From NCBI GenBank assembly GCA_951406725.2, contig OX597837.1, positions 32,922,001 through 32,986,000 of the forward strand: a DNA stretch of 64,000 nucleotides, read 5' to 3'. Both the position numbers and the translations under genes were made by a program. This DNA comes from Octopus vulgaris (Eukaryota). Positions within the stretch are counted from its first letter, which is position 1, and each line of letters begins with the position of its first letter. Below are positions 55,578-64,000 of the stretch, in pieces. The notes beneath the pieces were generated by a model. It searched no databases. It worked only from the letters and a program-made list of their open reading frames with translations, and was not told the origin of the DNA.

Positions 55578-56470
55578 TCATCATCATCATCATCATCGTT
55601 TAACGTCCGTTCTCCATGCTAGCATGGGTTGGACGGTTCGACCGGGTATCTAGGAAGCCAGAAGGCTGCACCAGGCTCCAGTCTTATGTGGCAATGTTTC
55701 TACAGCTGGATGCCCTTCCTAATGCCAACCACTCCGTGAATGTAGTGGGTGCTTTTTACGTGCCATCCGCACAGGTGCCAGGCGAGGCTGGCAATGGCCA
55801 TGGTTGGATTCGTGCAATTTACGTGCCACTGGCACGGAAGCTTTTTACGTACCACCAGTCCAGGAGTCCTGGCATCTGCCGGGTGCCAGTCATAGGATTG
55901 GTTCTGCCCCAACATGTCTTCGCAAGCAAAGGGGGTTGGCATGGGTGCCTGTCGTCGGATGAGGTTCGATATCGACTTCGCTTGCCTCAACAGGTCTTTG
56001 TGTCCAAGGGAGGAAAGGCATGTGTGTGTGTGTATTTATATATAACCAACCCATTTAAGAGTACCCTTCAATCATTGGACAATAAACTACACTTGCAAAG
56101 ACCTGCTGAGGTAAGTGAAATCATTGTCATGGCCAATGACAGTATCGCCTGATTGGAACCCATGCGAGTGGAAGGTTAAAAGCACCATTCGAGTGTGATG
56201 GTTGCCAGGACCACGGACTGGCTCCTGTGAGGTGGCACATAAAAAGAGCCATTTGAGCGTGGTCAATGCCAGTACCGCCTGACTGGCCCTCATGCCCGTT
56301 GCACGTAAAACCACTCACTACTCTCTCAGAGTGGTGTTAGGAAGGGCATCCAGTGGTAGAAACTTTGCCAGATCAGATTGGAGCCTGGTGCAGCCTTCTG
56401 GCTCACCAACCCTCAGTCAAACCATCCAACCCATGCCAGCATGGAAAACGAACGTTAAACGACGAAACGA
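55578..56470. mobile_element. Two divergently oriented family D copies (55578-56020 on -, ~56050-56470 on +)
   Basis: Conserved 3' ends at both outer edges. Confidence 0.75.
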
Positions 56471-56764
56471 TAACACACACACACACACGTGGATGGTAGT
56501 GTCTTGTCCAAGAAAGACAGTCCTGCATTTTCTTGCTGGACAATCTGCACAAAATAATTTGTTTATAAAGATCAAATGTATGTGTTGGTCATTAGCTCAC
56601 TCTCTCCATCAGATCAACGTTGACTGAGTAGGTGTCAGTGTGATCACAGAGCAGCATGAGAGGAAGTGTTTTGGTCAAGAACACAATTCACCACCCACTC
56701 CTGGAATTGAACCCATGATCTTACAATTGTGAATGCAACATCCTAACCACCAGGCCATGCACTG

Positions 56765-56798
<34 letters not shown>

Positions 56799-57076
56799 AA
56801 AACTTGCACAAAAAACAAGAGTATATACCAGACAAAAAATATAATGTGGAATCAGACAAGTGAAAGTATGAACCTGAAAAGTGTATAAATATAAAGCATA
56901 AAAAAAAACAAAACAAAGAAGTGTAAAATGAAACTAATTCTTCAGTGTTTATTTGCTGGAAATGTTTTGTTTTGGCCCTTATACATTTTGTGGCTAATTG
57001 TATAGAGAAAAAATCAAACAGTCCTTGATTGTCACTTGGAAGAGAGCAGGACTCAATATGTACTGTACATTCTTTC

Positions 57077-57273
57077 TGTGCAGGTGGCACGTAAAAAGCA
57101 CCCACTACACTCGTGGAGTGGTTGGCGTTAGGAAGGGCATCCAGCTGTAGAAACACTGCCAGATCAGACTGGAGCCTGGTGCAGCCCCTGGCTTCCCAGA
57201 CCCTGGTCGAACCGTCCAACCCGTGCTAGCGCGGAAAACGGACGTTAAACAATGATGATGATGATGATGATGA
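57077..57273 (+). mobile_element. Family D retroposon, 5'-truncated
   Basis: Conserved 3' end plus (GAT)n. Confidence 0.85.
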
Positions 57274-57311
57274 TTCACTAATTGATTTTGATGCCTATAT
57301 AGTTGTAAGAA

Positions 57312-57575
57312 GTGGTGGCACATGGCTTAGTGGTTAGGGTGTCAGCACCATGATCGTAAGATTGTGGTTTCGATTCATGGACCGGGCGACGCGTTGTGTT
57401 CTTGAGCAAAACACTTCATTTCACGTTGCTCCAGTCCACTCAGCTGGCAAAAATGAGTAACGCTGCGATGGACTGGTGTTCCATCCAGCTGGGGAACACA
57501 TACGCCATAGAAACCGGGAAACCAGGCCCCATGAGCCTGGCTAGGCTTTAAAAGGGCGCATTTATCTTTATCTAT
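57312..57575 (+). mobile_element. SINE family E (tRNA head, CORE-like and V-domain-like segments)
   Basis: TGGCTTAGTGG A-box, GTTTCGATTC B-box-like motif, TGTGTTCTTGAGCAAAACACTT, CTGCGATGGACTGGTGTTCCATCCAG; TSD tagttgta(a/t)gaa at 57300-57311 and 57578-57589. Confidence 0.7.
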
Positions 57576-58319
57576 TTTAGTTGTATGAAAGCTTCTCGTT
57601 GTTAACTCAGATGCATATCGATGATGTGACAGGTGGAAGGAGTGAAGGATGCACCAGCATTAGGCCGGTACTCACTTGCAACTGCATTGACTGGAGCAGC
57701 AAGAAATGAAGAGCCTTGCTTAAGAATACAATGCATTGCCAGCTACTGGAATGGCGCCCAAAACCCTATGATTGCAAACCTAACATATGACATAACAACG
57801 TATTCATGAACACCTGCCCTCACCCTCTGCCCATTTTCTCTATCTCTTACCCCACCCCACCCCACCCCCATACATGCAAACCCTTACTCGCTCATACTCC
57901 TAGCTGCTCTGTTCTTGTTCCCTTCTACTCATCTTGAGGTGTCACCCAGACACCTGTCCACCACTATTTGTCTCTTCATAGCAACTACTGGTTGGTTCAT
58001 TCTCACTCTCCCCTAAATGTGGGTGGCCATGTAGCTCTCCTACAACAAGAAGCTGCTCTGTATCATCCCCTTTCTCTCATATTTGATCCTCATCCGCTAA
58101 GCATAAAGCCCTTCCTCTTGGGTTTCGTAGGATTCTTAGTTGCATGGTGACCTCAGTAGTGCTAATAGCACAAGAAAAGCTCCCAGCACATGCTGTAAAG
58201 TGGTTGGCATTAAGGAAGGCGACCCGGCCATGAAAAACCATGCCAAAGTAGGTTATCGCAACTTGATGCAGTCTTTGGACACATCGAAGCCTATCAAAGC
58301 ATCCCAACTCTTCCAATCA

Positions 58320-58575
58320 TCATGATCATCATGTTGATGAATAGCGTCCGTTTTCCATGCTAGCATGGGTTGGACAGTTCAACTGGGGTCTGTGAAGCCG
58401 GAAGGCTTCATCAGGCCCAGTCAGATCTGGCAGTGTTTCTACGGCCGGATGCCCTTCCTAACGCCAACCACTCCGTGAGTGTAGTGGGTGCTTTTTACGT
58501 GCCACCCACACAGGTGCCAGACAGAGCTGGCAAACGGCCACGAACGGATGGTGCTTTTACGTGCCACCGGCACGG
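58320..58575 (-). mobile_element. Family D retroposon
   Basis: Near identical to 29520-29750. Confidence 0.8.
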
Positions 58576-59156
58576 ACAATGGTGGTGATGATGATTATTA
58601 TACTTTATCAAAATCAAAAGATTTCGTCTTCCCCATATTCTGAGCTTGGCGGGATTTGTCATAACCCATAAGCTGGGGGGTATGGGTAGGGGCGAAATGC
58701 TGATGTCTGGGGGGGGGGGGGGGGGAAAGATCTGCGAGTATCACAGGAGCACTGTCCCTTCATTCTATGACTAATGAATGGGTGGGGATACTAAACCGAC
58801 AATGAACTGCTAGTAAGGGGTCTGAAGGCCCCTTCATTAAGTAATGGGAATGATGCTTAACTAATTGGTTTTCACCCAATAGAATGAGGAATCCTCATTA
58901 AGCTCTCGCAGACTCTCAGTTGACACAGATGGTCGCAATAAGAGCTAAGGTAAATAAACACTGCCTCCTGCCCTGCCTCCTGGCCTGCCGCCAGCCTCTT
59001 CCTCATCTTATTCATCTATTTACTTATTTATTCCATTGTTTATACAATTATTTATTGTTTATTCTATATTTGTTTTATATATCTGCGCACATAATAATAT
59101 ATTCTCGTATATTCCTTCTTCTGGCTTTCATTTGTTATTTATATACATACATATAC

Positions 59157-59214
<58 letters not shown>

Positions 59215-59230
59215 GTTTATATATATATGT

Positions 59231-59283
<53 letters not shown>

Positions 59284-59316
59284 TATATATATGTATACAT
59301 ATATATATATATATAT

Positions 59317-59371
<55 letters not shown>

Positions 59372-60829
59372 CATATATATACATATACATATACATATAC
59401 ATATATATATATATATCCTCAACATTTTTGTTAATATTGTAGAACATTGTTTCCCCCACACATACTTTGGTTTGTTGTATATCTATCTATCTGTCTGTAC
59501 AGACACACATACACATGTACACACTCATATGTATATATATATATATACACACACACTTCTATACACACACACACACACACACATAAATGTATACTCACAC
59601 ACACTTGTATACACACACACACACACACACGAGTGTATGTATGGATGGTAAGAGGAAGAGATCAGACGTGTACAGATGCAGAACCATGCTGTGCGTACAT
59701 ATACACACAAAAAGTTTGGTGCTAGTCTTAATGTTTGGTGGCTGCGTTAACCATGGACTGGATGATGAGTCTATCGGTGAACTTGCATTTATTAACACAC
59801 ACACACATACACACTCACAGAGTTCTATATAAATAGGTGTGTGTGTGTGTGTATGTATAAAAGTATAATTTCTTTCCCTGATTATTTATTTTACCGAAAT
59901 CTAGCAAGATTCAAGGTGTACATGAAATACTGTAACGCTTAAAAGTAAACACCCATTTACCTGTCTGTCTGTCTGACTATTTCTGCTTTTACTCAGTGTA
60001 TGCGTGCGTGTATGTATATGTTTTTATAAATACATGTGTGTGCGTCTGTGAAATACATGCATTTGTGTGTGCGTGTGTGTGTGTAGAATAGGTATTTCAG
60101 TTGTTATTCTAATTAAGTAAAAATGAAATGAAGGAGGATTATGAAAGGTGGGTGGACATAGAGGTGGGGTATAAAGGCCCCCCCGTCTTACCCCTGTGTG
60201 TATTTAGGGGGCATTTTCTGCCTCAGTTCATTGCTATTCGGTTTCGGAAAGGAGTGAGAGTAATAATGGTAGAGAAGGGTCATACACACTTACATGCATG
60301 TGCGCATATGTGTGTGCACACACACTCACGCACACACATACATGCATGCACACACATACATACACTAACGCACACACACACACTCACACTTGCACAAATG
60401 CATGCACATGCACACACACTCACACGTACACATACTCACACACACACACATACACACACACTCACACTCACACACAATCACACACACACATACTCACACA
60501 CACTCACACACACACACAATCACACACCCCACACACACACACTCATACACTCGTACACACGCACACACACGCACACACAATCACACGTACACATACTCAC
60601 ACACACACATACTCACACACACACACACACTCACACTCACACACAATCACACACACACATACTCACACACACATACACACACACTCACACTCACACACAA
60701 TCACACACACACATACTCACACACACTCACACACACACACAATCACACACCCCCACACACACATACTCACACACACTCACACACAAAGGGAAAAATGTAT
60801 GCACATACACACGAACACAAAGGAGGGAA

Positions 60830-61128
60830 AAGCTTTTTGAGTAAATTTGGTAGACAGAAATTTGGTAGACAGAAATTTGGTAGACAGAAACTGAAAGAAG
60901 CCCGTTGTTTGTCTGTGCGTGTATGTGTCTGTGTTTGTTCCCCCACCATCGCTTGGCAACCGATGTCAGTGTGTTTACATCCCCCATAACTTAGCAGTTC
61001 AGCAAAAGAGACCAAAAGATTAAGTACAAGGCTTACAAAAGAATAAGTCCTGGGTTCGATTTGTTCAACTAAAGGCGGTGCTCCAGCATGGCTGCAGTCA
61101 AATGACTAAAACAAGTAAAAGAATAAAA
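60830..61128 (+). mobile_element. SINE family A, 5'-truncated, with a triplicated 15-mer AAATTTGGTAGACAG
   Basis: Triplication at 60843-60887. Confidence 0.8.
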
Positions 61129-61322
61129 GCATTACTTTGTATTAACCATGCGTTATCTTGTAGCTTTGAGATATCATTGATGTGATTGCTTATTTCTAGA
61201 ATGACATTGTAGGGGAGGCATGAGAGGCCTGATCTGGCCAGTTTAAAATATAGGATAGATAGGATATTTAGGCCAGACATGACCAGTTAAAATGCTAAAG
61301 GGTCGGTGATAATTACAGTTTT

Positions 61323-63548
61323 AAGGCAGCAAGCTGGCAGAAACGTTAGCACGCCGGGCGAAATGCTTAGCGGTATTTCGTCTGCGTTACGTTGAGTTCA
61401 AATTCCGCCGAGGTCCACTTTGCCTTTCATCCTTTCGGGGTCGATAAATTAAGTACCAGTTACGAACTGGGGTCGATATAATCGACTTAATACCTATGTC
61501 TGTCCTTGTTTGTCCCCTCTATGTTTAGCCCCTTCTGGGTAATAAAGAAATAGGTATTTCGTCTGCGTTACGTTGAGTTCAAATTCCGCCGAGGTCCACT
61601 TTGCCTTTCATCCTTTCGGGGTCGATAAATTAAGTACCAGTTACGAACTGGGGTCGATATAATCGACTTAATACCTATGTCTGTCCTTGTTTGTTCCCTC
61701 TATGTTTAGCCCCTTGTGGGTAATAAAGAAATAGGTATTTCGTCTGCGTTACGTTGAGTTCAAATTCCGCCGAGGTCCACTTTGCCTTTCATCCTTTCGG
61801 GGTCGATAAATTAAGTACCAGTTACGAACTGGGGTCGATATAATCGACTTAATACCTATGTCTGTCCTTGTTTGTACCCTCTGTGTTTAGCCCCTTGTGG
61901 GTAATAAAGAAATAGGTATTTCGTCTGCGTTACGTTGAGTTCAAATTCCGCCGAGGTCCACTTTGCTTTTCATCCTTTCGGGGTCGATAAATTAAGTACC
62001 AGTTACGAACTGGGGTCGATATAATCGACTTAATACCTATGTCTGTCCTTGTTTGTCCCCTCTATGTTTAGCCCCTTATGGGTAATAAAGAAATAGGTAT
62101 TTCGTCTGCGTTACGTTGAGTTCAAATTCCGCCGAGGTCCACTTTGCCTTTCATCCTTTCGGGGTCGATAAATTAAGTACCAGTTACGAACTGGGGGTCG
62201 ATATAATCGACTTAATACCTATGTCTGTCCTTGTTTGTTCCCTCTGTGTTTAGCCCTTTGTGGGTAATAAAGAAATAGGTATTTCGTCTGCGTTACGTTG
62301 AGTTCAAATTCCGCCGAGGTCCACTTTGCCTTTCATCATTTCGGGGTCAATAAATTAAGTACCAGTTACGCACTGGGATCGATGTAATCGACTTAATACC
62401 TATGTCTGTCCTTGTTTGTACCCTCTATGTTTAGCCCCTTGTGGGTAATAAAGAAATAGGTATTTCGTCTGCGTTACGTTGAGTTCAAATTCCGCCGAGG
62501 TCCACTTTGCCTTTCATCCTTTCGGGGTCAATAAATTAAGTACCAGTTACGCACTGGGATCGATGTAATCGACTTAATACCTATGTCTGTCCTTGTTTGT
62601 TCCCTCTATGTTTAGCCCCTTGTGGGTAATAAAGAAATAGGTATTTCGTCTGCGTTACGTTGAGTTCAAATTCCGCCGAGGTCCACTTTGCCTTTCATCC
62701 TTTCGGGGTCGATAAATTAAGTACCAGTTACGAACTGGGGGTCGATATAATCGACTTAATACCTATGTCTGTCCTTGTTTGTTCCCTCTGTGTTTAGCCC
62801 CTTGTGGGTAATAAAGAAATAGGTATTTCGTCTGCGTTACGTTGAGTTCAAATTCCGCCGAGGTCCACTTTGCCTTCCATCATTTCGGGGTTGATAAATT
62901 AAGTACCAGTTACGAACTGGGGGTCGATATAATCGACTTAATACCTATGTCTGTCCTTGTTTGTCCCCTTTATGTTTAGCCCCTTGTGGGTAATAAAGAA
63001 ATAGGTATTTCGTCTGCGTTACGTTGAGTTCAAATTCCGCCGAGGTCCACTTTGCCTTTCATCCTTTCGGGGTCGATAAATTAAGTACCAGTTACGCACT
63101 GGGATCGATGTAATCGACTTAATACCTATGTCTGTCCTTGTTTGTTCCCTCTGTGTTTAGCCCCTTGTGGGTAATAAAGAAATAGGTATTTCGTCTGCGT
63201 TACATTGAGTTCAAATTCCGCCGAGGTCCACTTTGCCTTCCATCATTTCGGGGTTGATAAATTAAGTACCAGTTACGAACTGGGGGTCGATATAATCGAC
63301 TTAATACCTATGTCTGTCCTTGTTTGTTCCCTCTGTGTTTAGCCCCTTGTGGGTAATAAAGAAATAGGTATTTCGTCTGCGTTACGTTGAGTTCAAATTC
63401 CGCCGAGGTCCACTTTGCCTTCCATCATTTCGGGGTTGATAAATTAAGTACCAGTTACGAACTGGGGGTCGATATAATCGACTTAATACCTATGTCTGTC
63501 CTTGTTTGTTCCCTCTGTGTTTAGCCCCTTGTGGGTAATAAAGAAATA
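61323..63548 (+). mobile_element. SINE family C concatemer: one tRNA 5' head plus 12 tandem 181-182 bp bodies
   Basis: Unit start GGTATTTCG at 61372, 61553, 61734, 61915, 62096, 62278, 62459, 62640, 62822, 63004, 63185 and 63367; 14-bp TSD gataattacagttt at 61308-61321 and 63549-63562. Confidence 0.95.
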
Positions 63549-63583
63549 GATAATTACAGTTTCTTTTTGTTTTTGTATTTCAG

Positions 63584-63831
63584 TGACAAAGAGTCGTCAG
63601 TGAGCAGACCAAGTATGTCAGCTGCTTTCAGCATGTCCAGTTCCGGCAGCATCGGCAGTGTGGTCAGCAGTAACGGGGGAGGGACAACAAGCAGCGTGGA
63701 GACTACTTCGGGAAGCGCCGTGATGGTGTGGATGATGGAACTACGGTTCTCTACGGAGATGGAATGTATGACTGTTCTACAGAGCAAGTCTATACGAAGA
63801 GGGAACGACCTGTCAGGACGGGCAGTGAAAA
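63584..63831 (+). CDS. Internal (or first coding) exon of an unidentified protein-coding gene; Ser/Gly-rich
   Basis: Pyrimidine tract and acceptor ttctttttgtttttgtatttcag (ends 63583), donor A|gtaagt (63832). The 248-nt non-repetitive, GC-richer block has only one stop-free + frame: DKESSVSRPSMSAAFSMSSSGSIGSVVSSNGGGTTSSVETTSGSAVMVWMMELRFSTEMECMTVLQSKSIRRGNDLSGRAVK. No family recognised. Confidence 0.7.
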
Positions 63832-63869
63832 GTAAGTTGTTTGTTTGGATTTGTTTTATTGTTTTTTAA

Positions 63870-64000
63870 ACTTGCCTCCCAACTGTGTGGTCTTGGGTTC
63901 AGTCCCATTGCACAGCACCTTGGGCAAGTAGTGTCTTCTACTATCGACCAAAGCTTTGTGATTTGATTTGGTAGATGGAAACTGAATGAAACCTGCTGTA
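63870..64000 (+). mobile_element. SINE family A 5' part (runs off the window)
   Basis: GGTTCAGTCCC...CCTTGGGCAAGT...GGTAGATGGAAACTGA. Confidence 0.7.

Noticed and set aside
61372-63548. CRISPR array or hammerhead retrozyme interpretation of the 181-bp array
   Set aside because: Whole units repeat with no unique spacers, there are no cas genes, the context is eukaryotic, and no CTGANGA...GAAA core occurs on either strand.
63672-63831. Alternative exon frame RGDYFGKRRDGVDDG...
   Set aside because: Preceded by an in-frame TAA within the exon and a TGA at the exon start; it would need a different acceptor.

Overview
Eukaryotic, AT-rich, extremely repeat-dense DNA. The SINE and microsatellite content suggests a cephalopod (Octopus-like) genome, which is an inference. 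Almost all of the 64 kb looks like intronic or intergenic sequence, and nearly all ORFs in the track are microsatellite or SINE artefacts. One convincing spliced exon lies at 63584-63831 (+, product unidentified). The rest is made of: three abundant tRNA-headed SINE families (called A, B and C here) plus a rarer one (E); a (GAT)n-tailed retroposon family (D); decayed RTE and R4-like non-LTR fragments; Tc1/mariner fragments; hAT and TTAA MITEs; several 62-183 bp tandem arrays; and very long (TA)n, (CA)n, (CCA)n and (CTT)n tracts. The most unusual structures are: (1) a 130-bp palindrome carrying two opposed hammerhead ribozyme cores, part of a nest of palindromic Penelope-like pieces inside the microsatellite of one SINE (20.6-22.5 kb); (2) a TSD-flanked 12-mer concatemer of the family C SINE body with a fixed self-complementary junction, sitting immediately before the exon's splice acceptor; (3) very long (40 bp and ~180 bp) flanking duplications at retroposon insertions. 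All coordinates were read by eye, and repeat boundaries are approximate.
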